From the sequence record OR608733.1: 64,000 nt of DNA. One strand, given 5' to 3'. Made by a program: the position numbers and the translations under genes. This document shows, in pieces, positions 1-10,970 of this stretch (position 1 is the first letter of the stretch; each line of letters starts with the position of its first letter). Under the pieces are notes generated by a model that saw only the letters and a list, made by a program, of their open reading frames with translations, searched no databases and was not told the DNA's origin.

Positions 1-655
1 ATTTTTCATTATTTGAGTTAGCATAAGAGGTACCAGTTCTACAAGTAGATGTTAAACTAGAGTGTGTGGACTTATAATAAAGAATAGTGGCAGCAGATAC
101 CGTACCTCCTGAATATGAGTTATTGTTAATTTTGAAGTTTTCTTGTTCACCTTTACGTACTTGTGCAAGTTCTGTTTTAATTTGTGAATTCTCTTTATCG
201 CCGGCCTGTAGGAAAGCAGCTGCTTCACGTTCAGCCTGCATCTGCTCACCTTTAACACGCTTACGGTTTTTCACACCTTCAGCAATATAGATGGAGTGCG
301 TCGACTGTCTAACAGACTCTGGTAAATATGCGGTCATTGATGGAGATAATAATAGATTCTGTTTCTTAACACGGTTAAGGAAAGCCATAAATGAAACAGT
401 CTTTAATTCCCTATCACCAAACTTATTTTTATCTAGGATAGTTGCTACTGGGTTACGAAGTGCATATTCGCCATTTTGACGTAATTGTTCTTTAACAAAT
501 TCTTTACATTCTTCTAAACTAATATTTAATTCATCTTTTGTCATTAATTGAAGATATTTGGCATTATCATCAAGACATGCATTAATGATATCAATATCAC
601 GATGGTAATCATTGACATCTTTTAAAAACGGATTTGGTTGGGCAAATGCGGTCAT
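1..655 (-). CDS. Family B DNA polymerase subunit, 5' part (phiKZ gp50-like), runs off the window
   Basis: Manual translation from ATG at 655: MTAFAQPNPFLKDVNDYHRD...FKINNNSYSGG...STHSSLTSTCRTG, open to position 1; KxxxNSxxG and LTxxxR resemble PolB motif B. Absent from the track because the stop is outside the window. Confidence 0.75.
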   Translation of the reverse strand, partial: MTAFAQPNPFLKDVNDYHRDIDIINACLDDNAKYLQLMTKDELNISLEECKEFVKEQLRQNGEYALRNPVATILDKNKFGDRELKTVSFMAFLNRVKKQNLLLSPSMTAYLPESVRQSTHSIYIAEGVKNRKRVKGEQMQAEREAAAFLQAGDKENSQIKTELAQVRKGEQENFKINNNSYSGGTVSAATILYYKSTHSSLTSTCRTGTSYANSNNEK

Positions 656-855
656 TTCACATATCTCTCAGTATACTTATTTTTAATTATAGTGAATGAT
701 TTCTCTCTCTTTAACTAAAAAAGAAAAGGAAAGAATGGGTACCCTATACGGGCACCCTAAATTGAGAGGTAGCACATCAACTTACATTCACATTAGATGA
801 TGTAAGCAAGTAAAAATAATACAACATAAAAGGAGCCATAATGGCTCCTTTATAG

Positions 856-1281
<426 letters not shown>

Positions 1282-1306
1282 CTAAAATAGTTGGTTACAT
1301 AGGGTA

Positions 1307-1690
1307 TTACTCATCTAGTAATACAACTACACCAAACAGACCTTTTGTATCCATTGGCACTGTAATTAATACATGTCCATTTGGATATTTTTCTTTAAAG
1401 CTATTGATAAAGTCGGTACAATATTCAATAACATATCCTTTAGTAGAATAATTCTCTAACTCAATATCTTCGTCAGGATCATCAAATGAGTCATGTCCAT
1501 ACATCAGCATATGGATATATATGTCATTATTAAGCGTATCCATATAACTTAACTTACGTGATTCTTCAAATAAATCAAGTGGTGTTGGACAATCTGGATA
1601 TATCATTCGTTTTGTATATTCACGAAGCAAATGTTGCGAATATATTTCTGACTCTTTAGATTTAAATACGATAAATACTCGTTTTTCCAT
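1307..1690 (-). CDS. Hypothetical protein (127 aa)
   Basis: Track ORF, AGGAA upstream, operon context. Confidence 0.75.
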   Translation of the reverse strand: MEKRVFIVFKSKESEIYSQHLLREYTKRMIYPDCPTPLDLFEESRKLSYMDTLNNDIYIHMLMYGHDSFDDPDEDIELENYSTKGYVIEYCTDFINSFKEKYPNGHVLITVPMDTKGLFGVVVLLDE

Positions 1691-1762
1691 ATCGGTTCCT
1701 AGTAGGAAGCCTATGTGAACCGATAGGCTTTCCTATTTACGTCAATTGTTAATATGTGTCAC

Positions 1763-2299
1763 TTAATCCACATCATTGTAGCAGTCCATACCAAAGTCTT
1801 CACCTTCTAGAATATAACCTTGATTATGTTGATCAACTGCTATTGATTGGATTCTTTCTACACCATATCCATTCTGATAAAGATACGCTATTTCAGATTG
1901 TAGTTTACTAGCCAGTGTTTTACACACAGCTGCAAACCACATATTAAGAATACTCAATGCATATTTATCTTGCATAATCACAGGCGCTACTGATGGAAAG
2001 TATTCTTGTAAATAATAGTCAACCCCTATAATTGGTTGAGTAGGCTGTTGTGCTAGAAATTCAATATATGCATTAATCGCCTGATACCATAACTGTTCTA
2101 TAGATTGGTGTTCAGTATATGGGTAAGGAGTATTGTAAGACTTATTGACAACTACATCAGCCATTTTATTAACAATGGGCCAGATATCACTGATGTTAAT
2201 AACTACGAAACTCGTCATTCCTTGTTGGCCTGGAGTTATGTTATTAGCATCATTTATCCGCTGCATTTCTTGTTGTCTATAAAGAAGTGGATGCATCAT
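1763..2299 (-). CDS. Hypothetical protein (178 aa)
   Basis: Track ORF, 4-nt overlap with upstream gene. Confidence 0.75.
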   Translation of the reverse strand: MMHPLLYRQQEMQRINDANNITPGQQGMTSFVVINISDIWPIVNKMADVVVNKSYNTPYPYTEHQSIEQLWYQAINAYIEFLAQQPTQPIIGVDYYLQEYFPSVAPVIMQDKYALSILNMWFAAVCKTLASKLQSEIAYLYQNGYGVERIQSIAVDQHNQGYILEGEDFGMDCYNDVD

Positions 2300-2730
2300 G
2301 TTTGAGACCTCATAACTAATTTAGTTACCATCTTATATTTATCTACTTCTATACATTTAAGACTAGTAATAAGATTACCTGCTTGAATAACTTGTTTTTG
2401 GATTATCTCTAAGAAATCAGTTCCAAATAAATCCAATACCCTTTCGATAATCTCAGCAGATCTTAAGTGCCAATTGATAGTATTAGGATTTCCCTGATGA
2501 TCAAATACCATCATGCTCATCGGTCTATCTGGTTCTATATAGGTATCGCTTAAGTAATCTTCTAACCATTGCTCTAAAAAGGTAGGCCAATCTAATCTCT
2601 GCCAGTGGTTAAAGTATTCTACATATGCTGCTAGAAGTCTATTGATACACCACAGTACAAAGTCAGTCGGTTCATCTACACCTAGCTCTTCCGTAAAAGA
2701 ACGCGGTTTCAAAATTAGCAACAATTGCAT
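2296..2730 (-). CDS. Hypothetical protein (144 aa)
   Basis: Track ORF, GGAG upstream. Confidence 0.75.
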   Translation of the reverse strand: MQLLLILKPRSFTEELGVDEPTDFVLWCINRLLAAYVEYFNHWQRLDWPTFLEQWLEDYLSDTYIEPDRPMSMMVFDHQGNPNTINWHLRSAEIIERVLDLFGTDFLEIIQKQVIQAGNLITSLKCIEVDKYKMVTKLVMRSQT

Positions 2731-3130
2731 ATTGACTCCACTCTTTACCAGTGACTATAGTTAATAGAACAACTTTGTTATCTATTACACTAATGAACTT
2801 ATAGTCTATTAAATTCTTCGGTGTTCTATGTAGTAATTGGATTCCAGTTGTATAGAACAAATTAATGAACTCATCCCAATCTGGACCATTTCCTAGTTGT
2901 ATTGATATATCCACAAAAGGAATAACCGTATTATCCTGTTGTAATTTAGACATCATCTTAACAACCCATTGAGTTAATAAGACGATGACTGTAGCTTCAT
3001 CTTTATTTGTTAGGTAAGTAAATTTCTTTATCAATGTGATTAATTGTGGGAATACCACTTCGATTGGCAATACATATACCAGACGTTGTACTTCCTCCGA
3101 TGTACAATCCATCTCGTGCTTCTGTTTCAT
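2672..3130 (-). CDS. Hypothetical protein (start refined to MKQKHEM)
   Basis: AAGGA 8 nt upstream of ATG at 3130; track start 3187 lacks an SD. Confidence 0.6.
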   Translation of the reverse strand: MKQKHEMDCTSEEVQRLVYVLPIEVVFPQLITLIKKFTYLTNKDEATVIVLLTQWVVKMMSKLQQDNTVIPFVDISIQLGNGPDWDEFINLFYTTGIQLLHRTPKNLIDYKFISVIDNKVVLLTIVTGKEWSQYAIVANFETAFFYGRARCR

Positions 3131-3455
3131 ACCACAGTTCCTTAGTATTTGTTGGAATGAGGTGCATGATCTGCTCAGCACCCTCATCGAGAAGTTCTAT
3201 TAGTTTATGCATGAAATGAATGTCTTTAGCATATTCATAGAACATTTCTTCTTTAACGACCATTTGCATAAGCTTCTGTTCTGCCAATGCAACAAGCAAA
3301 TGCATTGCTTCGATATAACTAATATCTAAAAAGTCCAATACAAATCTTAGATAGTTATCATCTTTAATAAGTTTACTTTTAGTCGCTCTTAGTAAAAAAC
3401 GAGGTTGTGGTGTGGGTAATGGTGACGTATAGATCTTCTGGTTTCTCAGTATCAT
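3003..3455 (-). CDS. Hypothetical protein (up to 150 aa, start uncertain)
   Basis: Track ORF overlapping both neighbours. Confidence 0.55.
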   Translation of the reverse strand: MILRNQKIYTSPLPTPQPRFLLRATKSKLIKDDNYLRFVLDFLDISYIEAMHLLVALAEQKLMQMVVKEEMFYEYAKDIHFMHKLIELLDEGAEQIMHLIPTNTKELWYETEARDGLYIGGSTTSGICIANRSGIPTINHIDKEIYLPNK

Positions 3456-3768
3456 AAATAACCCTATTTAACTGGATGTTACCAGCTGATGGTAGAACTA
3501 CCCGGTTAGAACAATTATACAGATAAGTTGTTAAATCAATATCACAAATATCCCTATAACCCAGCATCTGATTAATTAGTTCTATGACATCATTAGATGT
3601 GCTACCCGATGCCCTCTCAGACGCTGCTGCCAATACAATTGTTAATGCATATTCTGCACCAATACTATTTTTTATAGATTTCCAAATATCAGAATGTTGA
3701 TCTTGTACAAAAGATCTTACTTCCATTCTGATACACATTGATGTGTCTTTATCATTAGATATGTTCAT
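3379..3768 (-). CDS. Hypothetical protein (129 aa)
   Basis: Track ORF, AAGG upstream. Confidence 0.7.
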   Translation of the reverse strand: MNISNDKDTSMCIRMEVRSFVQDQHSDIWKSIKNSIGAEYALTIVLAAASERASGSTSNDVIELINQMLGYRDICDIDLTTYLYNCSNRVVLPSAGNIQLNRVIYDTEKPEDLYVTITHTTTSFFTKSD

Positions 3769-3794
3769 TATAAAAACCTTATAATCGGTATAAA

Positions 3795-3812
3795 GCCCCC
3801 CATAAGGAGGGC
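3795..3812. terminator. Intergenic GC hairpin (terminator family)
   Basis: GCCCCCC-ATAA-GGAGGGC flanked by ATAAA/TTTAT, directly after gene stop. Confidence 0.65.
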
Positions 3813-3817
3813 TTTAT

Positions 3818-4891
3818 TTAGTATAGATTATTTTCTAAAATGTATCGCTCAGCTTGCGCTCGCTGATCATCAGGTAAATAATCACCACGTTGATATTCAA
3901 ATACTAATTTCTCAATAGGATAAGTTGCATTCTTATTCTTGTATACAGAAATTACATAGCTATGATACTCTAGTTCATACTTAACGTCATGCTCAATTCT
4001 GGTTGAAAAATATGCCATGTTAATAGAACTAACTAGAGGGCTAATATATTTCTCTTCAAATAGTAATAAATTATCAAGTCCTAAACTTGCAAAGAAATCA
4101 TGGTTAACCTTAGGTATTAGATAAGATACTTTAATATTACTATATTGTTTAACAATTACACCAATAAGTAATGCAGTTAACTGTTCTTGAATATATTCTA
4201 CTGCGATGTTATATGCATGGTTAGTGGTGATGTGGTCTTTATTTAAAGTATAGCTACCACCATTAGCAAGAGATAGCTGAGTTTTACGCCTAGATTCGTA
4301 GATACTATAACCTAGTGTTTGTAAATTAATTCTGTCAAAGCCATGGAAGAATGTACGGAGAAATTCACTAAATAAATAGTTTAATGGGTTCAGTAGGTTA
4401 AGTGATACCACTGCATGATCATCACCATTATCAATCCCATGGACACGATCATATTCCGCGATACGATAATCTTTGCCACTGATTAAAGTTATAACTGAAC
4501 CAGCTTTAACTACATCCCATTGGATCCATGTACCGCTATCGATATATTTAGCTACTTGTTTATAGATATCTAGATAGATAGTTTCTAGATAAGGTAGTTT
4601 CATTAGATTTTCTACCCAAGCAACTTTATTACTATCTACGTCAGTTACAGCACAATTAAAAATAGCTGCTGCCATCTTAAGATTGGTGTACTGGTCTTTG
4701 GCTGTTTTATATGAAACTAAACTCTCTACTATATTTTCAACCATTAGATGTAAAAACTGTTGAGCCACATCTTTACTCAATTTCACCCCAATCGCTTCAT
4801 CAATTGAAGCTGAAGCTGTAAGCTGACCTAGTAAATCGTATATTGCTTTTTCTTGGTGGCGCGTATCAAGTACAATGAGCTTATTCGACAT
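3818..4891 (-). CDS. Hypothetical protein (357 aa)
   Basis: Long ORF, GGAG SD. Confidence 0.85.
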   Translation of the reverse strand: MSNKLIVLDTRHQEKAIYDLLGQLTASASIDEAIGVKLSKDVAQQFLHLMVENIVESLVSYKTAKDQYTNLKMAAAIFNCAVTDVDSNKVAWVENLMKLPYLETIYLDIYKQVAKYIDSGTWIQWDVVKAGSVITLISGKDYRIAEYDRVHGIDNGDDHAVVSLNLLNPLNYLFSEFLRTFFHGFDRINLQTLGYSIYESRRKTQLSLANGGSYTLNKDHITTNHAYNIAVEYIQEQLTALLIGVIVKQYSNIKVSYLIPKVNHDFFASLGLDNLLLFEEKYISPLVSSINMAYFSTRIEHDVKYELEYHSYVISVYKNKNATYPIEKLVFEYQRGDYLPDDQRAQAERYILENNLY

Positions 4892-4904
4892 TATATTTCT
4901 CCAA

Positions 4905-5333
4905 TTAATTTTTTGGAATAGCGATCCAAACTGTGTTCTTTAACCGATAAAATATTACAAACTTACCTGCATTTACTCTAGGTATAATTTTTAATATATC
5001 CCAAAGATCAGATGCGGCCTCATGATTATCATGAAACCATTGGATTTCTTGAGGGGTGTTATTTATTGGATTATATCCAGTAGTATACATGAATTCAAAA
5101 GAGTCAATAGAATATTTAAAGAAGTCATCAATTAAGCTGTCCTCTACTGATTTAAATATATGCTCTAATGTACCATAGTCATCTGGATGTATTCCAAAGC
5201 TTTGGCACCTAATTGCTAAACGAGCATTTATTAGCTCTTTTGGCGATCTTGGTACTAACTTGGCTATCACCCTCGTTACATCTATTACATACAGGTCAGC
5301 TACTTGGGGAGTAGTCACAGTACAATCTCTCAT
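4905..5333 (-). CDS. Hypothetical protein (142 aa)
   Basis: Track ORF, operon context. Confidence 0.75.
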   Translation of the reverse strand: MRDCTVTTPQVADLYVIDVTRVIAKLVPRSPKELINARLAIRCQSFGIHPDDYGTLEHIFKSVEDSLIDDFFKYSIDSFEFMYTTGYNPINNTPQEIQWFHDNHEAASDLWDILKIIPRVNAGKFVIFYRLKNTVWIAIPKN

Positions 5334-5460
5334 TAAATGTTCAGGAACATGATATAGATCTAAAAATATTTTTAGTCAAATCTGTTCGTGGTAAGCCGAT
5401 GTATATTATACCTTAGTTGGGTATTATCTCCATCGAAAAAACGCGTACAGCGCATTATAG

Positions 5461-6270
<810 letters not shown>

Positions 6271-6294
6271 AAAAAAATAAAAAAAAGACATAAT

Positions 6295-6315
6295 GCCCTC
6301 CCATTGCGGGAGGGC
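6295..6315. terminator. Bidirectional terminator hairpin between convergent genes
   Basis: GCCCTCCC-ATTGC-GGGAGGGC with long A-tract at 6268-6286. Confidence 0.75.
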
Positions 6316-6378
6316 TTATGCCATTAAGATAATATCTAAATAACACTATATTTAAAAACATACTGGTATAACCCATCA

Positions 6379-6606
6379 TCAATTAATACTGTTGAGAATC
6401 TTTTTGATGAGATCACCAGGTGCAATACCAATACCTGAACAATACCGTCTAAAGTTATTACACGGTTGACATGCTTTCTTTTCAACGATATTTAATTCAA
6501 AGCAAATATTGCCACGTGAATCTAGAATGGATATAAATGCTTTGTTACCTGTTACGCGATATGTCTTACCGAATACAACAGTTGTTTTATATGCAAGGCT
6601 ATTCAT
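6379..6606 (-). CDS. Hypothetical protein (start refined to MNSLAYK)
   Basis: AAAGGA SD upstream of ATG 6606. Confidence 0.6.
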   Translation of the reverse strand: MNSLAYKTTVVFGKTYRVTGNKAFISILDSRGNICFELNIVEKKACQPCNNFRRYCSGIGIAPGDLIKKILNSIN

Positions 6607-6673
6607 GATTATTCCTTTAACATGGATTATTATCATGTTTGTAATATAGCCTTTAAATGTATTTAAATATTTA

Positions 6674-6961
6674 TTAAACCCCATAGCGATGAGCTATATA
6701 TGTTTTTAATACCTCATATGCCTTATCAGTTGCCATGGAACTATTGACAAAATCAGAATGATCAATCTTAATAATCTTACCGAATGAATCATAATCGATA
6801 GTTGTAACTGCTATTCGATCACTATCACGGATCAATAGTTTATTTTTATTTAAAACAAAAATATTCCATTTCTCGCCATCGGCTAAAATAACATCCTCAT
6901 CTTTAAGATTAAGACGAACAAACTGTTTTACATAAATACTTAACTGAGCAACTGTTGACAT
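6674..6961 (-). CDS. Hypothetical protein (95 aa)
   Basis: Track ORF, operon context. Confidence 0.65.
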   Translation of the reverse strand: MSTVAQLSIYVKQFVRLNLKDEDVILADGEKWNIFVLNKNKLLIRDSDRIAVTTIDYDSFGKIIKIDHSDFVNSSMATDKAYEVLKTYIAHRYGV

Positions 6962-7272
6962 AATGATTTCTCGATATCTGTTAATGAAATAATCATATCT
7001 TGGACATTGATGGTAATAACATTTTTATAAGTTAAATAAGTTGGATATGAACCCATAAATGTAATAGTCCCACAGATATGATTTTTATATCTAATATCAA
7101 CACATCCGTCATATCTCCAGATAAAATCAAATGATCCTTTAGTGTGGTGTTCAAGTGAAAGAATAGAACCACTAACTAATTTAGGATATTGTTCAAATTC
7201 AGACATTACATAATCTGCCAGTTCCTTAACCTCAGGATAATCAATCAATAATAGCATATACGTAAATCTCAA
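6940..7272 (-). CDS. Hypothetical protein (110 aa)
   Basis: Track ORF, overlaps neighbours. Confidence 0.65.
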   Translation of the reverse strand: MRFTYMLLLIDYPEVKELADYVMSEFEQYPKLVSGSILSLEHHTKGSFDFIWRYDGCVDIRYKNHICGTITFMGSYPTYLTYKNVITINVQDMIISLTDIEKSLCQQLLS

Positions 7273-7742
7273 TTAGTTAATATAACACCCCATCCAGGGT
7301 GGACTCTTTCGAAAAATGGTAATGTATTATTTCGTATACTGTCTGCATCAATATTTGGAATGTGGATGGTACAACAGTGGGGGTTACTGTCAATCTTGAA
7401 ATAGAAATTATCTTTTAAATCTTCAACCTTGGATGTTTGTAATGGATATAAAATACCATTCCCCCAAACATACCAACGTCTATACAGCTTATCGTTTAAC
7501 CGCTTCTCAATAACCGAATGCGATTTGAAACGAGGAACTCGCAAACGCATCCCGTTTACTTCAGCCCATTTGTCTACCCGATCATAGCTAATAATTCCAT
7601 CCTTAACCATTACAAAGATAAATCCCTCAACTATGTTGGGGAGACGAACTACGTGTTTCAGAACCATAGTAAACGGAGATAACGTCAGATCAAGTTCAGC
7701 TGCCATTTGCTCGTCGAGCTTTTTAGCAGTGTTCTTTGCCAT
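7269..7742 (-). CDS. Hypothetical protein (157 aa)
   Basis: AGGAG SD, operon context. Confidence 0.8.
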   Translation of the reverse strand: MAKNTAKKLDEQMAAELDLTLSPFTMVLKHVVRLPNIVEGFIFVMVKDGIISYDRVDKWAEVNGMRLRVPRFKSHSVIEKRLNDKLYRRWYVWGNGILYPLQTSKVEDLKDNFYFKIDSNPHCCTIHIPNIDADSIRNNTLPFFERVHPGWGVILTN

Positions 7743-7781
7743 CGGTTATCTCCTAATATACAGATTATTAATTATCGCTAG

Positions 7782-8264
7782 TTATTTAATATCTGCAAAA
7801 TTCTGATTTACTTTACCCATAAAAATACCATCGGCTCTATCGTCATAATAAAGCTTCCCTGCTTTAGCATTACATAAAACTCCATAAATGTGACCATTGT
7901 AACCATCAAAATTAAATAAAGATGGATTATGCGGTACATGAATGAATCCCATTTTATCGCACAGAAACTTAGCTACAGCAGCCGATCGGCTAATACCTGC
8001 CTCACAGTGTACGAATAGGTGTTGACCCTTACCAAGAGCTTCACAGAAGGAAATAATACGTTGTGCATGCCGATGATCAAATAGATCATAAGAAGAATCA
8101 ACATAATCCTCAATGTCATCAACATTGATACGTAAATAATTAAGATGTTTTGCTGAATAAAGTGGGACTCTACCTTTCTCCAGTAGACAGATCATATTTC
8201 TAGGGGAATAAAATGATTCAGCTACATGCAAAGGAATATAAGTAACTGTATTTACTGGTTTCAT
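7782..8264 (-). CDS. Protein-tyrosine/dual-specificity phosphatase family protein
   Basis: Signature HCX5R loop: VHCEAGISRSAAVA; preceding acidic DD loop. Confidence 0.85.
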   Translation of the reverse strand: MKPVNTVTYIPLHVAESFYSPRNMICLLEKGRVPLYSAKHLNYLRINVDDIEDYVDSSYDLFDHRHAQRIISFCEALGKGQHLFVHCEAGISRSAAVAKFLCDKMGFIHVPHNPSLFNFDGYNGHIYGVLCNAKAGKLYYDDRADGIFMGKVNQNFADIK

Positions 8265-8292
8265 ATTACACCTCGTTACAAAAAAAATAAAA

Positions 8293-8310
8293 GGAGCCCC
8301 GAAGGGCTCC
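8293..8310 (-). terminator. Terminator after phuZ
   Basis: GGAGCCC-CGAA-GGGCTCC with T-tract on the minus strand (A-run 8280-8292). Confidence 0.75.
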
Positions 8311-8318
8311 AGTATAAG

Positions 8319-9302
8319 TTAATCGAATACAAGACCACTACTAGTTGCTTGGTCATCCACATCTAGAGTAGACTGACGCTTACGCATATTAGCTTTGGCT
8401 CGATTCATCATTTCACGACGTTCTTCTAATCGCTTACGAATATCTTCAATAGATAGGCCATTGATCACAAAATGCATTTGATCGAAATCATATTTTTCAG
8501 GATCAGCATAACCAGTAGTACGAGTTAGAACTGTACTAATTGATACATCGCGATCAGGATCAGTGTATAGTGAAGCAATAGAAATTGGATCCAGAATAGC
8601 CTGAGCTTCTTGACGATCGAAACACACGTGTAATTGGACAGTCTGTACAGGTACATCATGGTGCTTATGGAAGTGTGCCCAGTTAGTGATATCCATTAGA
8701 TCAAGACTTTGGTGTTCTTGATTAAATAGAATTACTAGTGCATTTAGTACTTCAAGAATGTTTTGGTTCACCATTGATTGCGGTATACCTTCAACATTCT
8801 CATGATAGTTAATAATCATCGGAACTTTACTAACAGAGGAAACCCCTTCAAAAGTCTTAAGGCTACCACTGCTATTACGAAGACTAATATCACTGTCGTA
8901 AGATCCAATGACCACACTTACAACTACTTCACCTTGTTGTTGTAGATGACTAACAAGAGAAGGACCAATGGTTGAACCAGAAGCACCACCCATTGAGTAT
9001 ACCACGATGTTAGTATCCCCTGCTGGGAAATGATGGGCAATGGCAGGAATATGTGCAGAGATTAGTTCTGCGGCTGCCTTACGATCTTTACCCATACCGA
9101 TAGCACGTTTACGTGCAGTCTGGTCAGCTAGCTTAGTATCCGCTTCAATAATGATCGTATTATCGTCAGTATTGTGTTTGTGTTTATTCTGTACACTGGT
9201 ATCAATGTAGCAAACATCCTCATGATAACCATGGAATAGTTCACCAATACGGAAACCAGCACCACCACAAAAGTAAATTCGAGTTTTTACTTTAGACATC
9301 AT
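8319..9302 (-). CDS. phuZ: Tubulin-like spindle protein PhuZ/TubZ (phiKZ gp39-like)
   Basis: CGGAG N-terminal motif, GGASGS tubulin/FtsZ signature, 327 aa, C-terminal ...SSGLVFD; recognised as phiKZ TubZ. Confidence 0.95.
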   Translation of the reverse strand: MMSKVKTRIYFCGGAGFRIGELFHGYHEDVCYIDTSVQNKHKHNTDDNTIIIEADTKLADQTARKRAIGMGKDRKAAAELISAHIPAIAHHFPAGDTNIVVYSMGGASGSTIGPSLVSHLQQQGEVVVSVVIGSYDSDISLRNSSGSLKTFEGVSSVSKVPMIINYHENVEGIPQSMVNQNILEVLNALVILFNQEHQSLDLMDITNWAHFHKHHDVPVQTVQLHVCFDRQEAQAILDPISIASLYTDPDRDVSISTVLTRTTGYADPEKYDFDQMHFVINGLSIEDIRKRLEERREMMNRAKANMRKRQSTLDVDDQATSSGLVFD

Positions 9303-9352
9303 TACACCTCATTGTGATTAATATAATTTCATATACCAACTTGTAAATGGTA

Positions 9353-9865
9353 TCAGTGCTTAAAAGTAACGATCTCTTCATGAGTTCGTTCTTGATGAAC
9401 AATTAATTCATTAACCACTTTACCAGTATCAGATTTAAATTCGATTACCATCTTATCTCGACACATGTATGTTTGCCAAGTACCACCAGACTTAACACAA
9501 TCAATAATCATGTTAAGTACATTCTTAACTTCAATCTTACTAACTTTATAACGATAAACGTTTAGAAGTTCAGTAAGCCATTTCGTTTTTGGGATTTTGG
9601 CATTTTTACGTTCTTTTGAAATATCAAAAGGAATTAGTGCAATGATCTCACCATCTTTGTTGGTGAATTCAAATACCATTCCTTTTGAGTTAGCTAAAGG
9701 ACGAATGTTGTAATTGCCTTTAGCACTACATACTTCTTCAGATAACTTAACTAACCTATCTAGTTGAACATCAGATGCATGAATGTTATCTTCTTTAAAT
9801 GCTTTCTTTAGCTCATCATGAGTTAGTGGAGTACGTACTAGAGTGTAATCTTTCTGTTCAGACAT
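9353..9865 (-). CDS. Hypothetical protein (170 aa, gp38-like by position)
   Basis: Track ORF upstream of phuZ. Confidence 0.8.
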   Translation of the reverse strand: MSEQKDYTLVRTPLTHDELKKAFKEDNIHASDVQLDRLVKLSEEVCSAKGNYNIRPLANSKGMVFEFTNKDGEIIALIPFDISKERKNAKIPKTKWLTELLNVYRYKVSKIEVKNVLNMIIDCVKSGGTWQTYMCRDKMVIEFKSDTGKVVNELIVHQERTHEEIVTFKH

Positions 9866-10112
9866 TTTTCATTTTTTCCAATTTTTCTATTTTCAAATTA
9901 AACGGTATTGGCTCTTTATAGCCAATCCCTTATTACTAAAAGTATTAGATTCTCGAACTAAGGATAGGTTATACCCCATCTCTAATAATAAGGAATATTA
10001 TATGGGACCCCCCCAAAGGGTCCCCCCCACATAATATACTATTTATATAATTTTCTTTTTAGAAGAAAAGAGATAAATAAGAGAAATACAGTCTATTAAA
10101 GTAATGAATTTC

Positions 10113-10934
10113 TCAAAAATTAAATAGTACACCGCCCACAAATTTCGCCGGAAGGTCCTGCCGGACAACTGTCCGGATGTGCGAGAGTAGTGGGTTTTTC
10201 AAAAATACCTGCATTGCAGTTGAATTGAGTGGTTGATTGTAACGTACGATCTTAATGGTAAATAGAACTTCCTCAACATCTGGATGGCATCCTTCAAAAC
10301 TAAAATATACTTCAGTCCGATCAATAAACTGATACATTTCTACAGCTGGTTCAGCTGGATCTTTAAAGGCCAGCTTATTAGCGAAATAATCAGTATGGGC
10401 TAGAATTAATTCTTTTACATTAATTGCATTCTTCTTATCAACAAGGAATTCAAACTCTTCAAGGTTATCTGTTTTGAAAATACCTTGATAAGATGACGAC
10501 TCGATTAGTTCATCACTGATATCATCAACATGAACGCCTGGCATAAATTCAATGACTGGTAGAATAAGCTTGTTACCTCCTACGCCGTCAGCGATATGAA
10601 TTCCAATCACATTACCATCACTAATGTATTCGTCATCACCGCAAATAACGGCGCCGGCCGCTAGATATAAATTATCAACATATTTCAGATTATCGGCAAT
10701 AATGCGGGATAGCACATATTCTCGCACCATGGCATCATCTGGACTTGACTGCGGTTTAAAAGTATAGTGGGTGTTATGACTACTCATGGTCGCACATGTA
10801 ACAAAAACTGAAATATCTACTGGATTAAATACCCAATGAACGGAGATATCCTCTAATTTATGTGGATGATGTAAACCATCTAGCTTAGATAGGGCTTGGA
10901 GTTGTTCTTCCCAGGTAATGTTAAATTGAGTCAT
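10113..10934 (-). CDS. dip: Degradosome-interacting protein Dip (RNase E inhibitor, gp37-like)
   Basis: N-terminus MTQFNITWEEQLQALSKLDGLHHPHKLED recognised from memory; two genes from phuZ as in phiKZ; GAGG SD supports start 10934. Confidence 0.8.
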   Translation of the reverse strand: MTQFNITWEEQLQALSKLDGLHHPHKLEDISVHWVFNPVDISVFVTCATMSSHNTHYTFKPQSSPDDAMVREYVLSRIIADNLKYVDNLYLAAGAVICGDDEYISDGNVIGIHIADGVGGNKLILPVIEFMPGVHVDDISDELIESSSYQGIFKTDNLEEFEFLVDKKNAINVKELILAHTDYFANKLAFKDPAEPAVEMYQFIDRTEVYFSFEGCHPDVEEVLFTIKIVRYNQPLNSTAMQVFLKNPLLSHIRTVVRQDLPAKFVGGVLFNF

Positions 10935-10970
10935 TTTTTCTAACCTCTTCATTTATTAAAAATAATACAC

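Noticed and set aside
52-479. Short track ORFs 52-258, 87-290 and 291-479
   Set aside because: Shadows of the minus-strand DNA polymerase frame.
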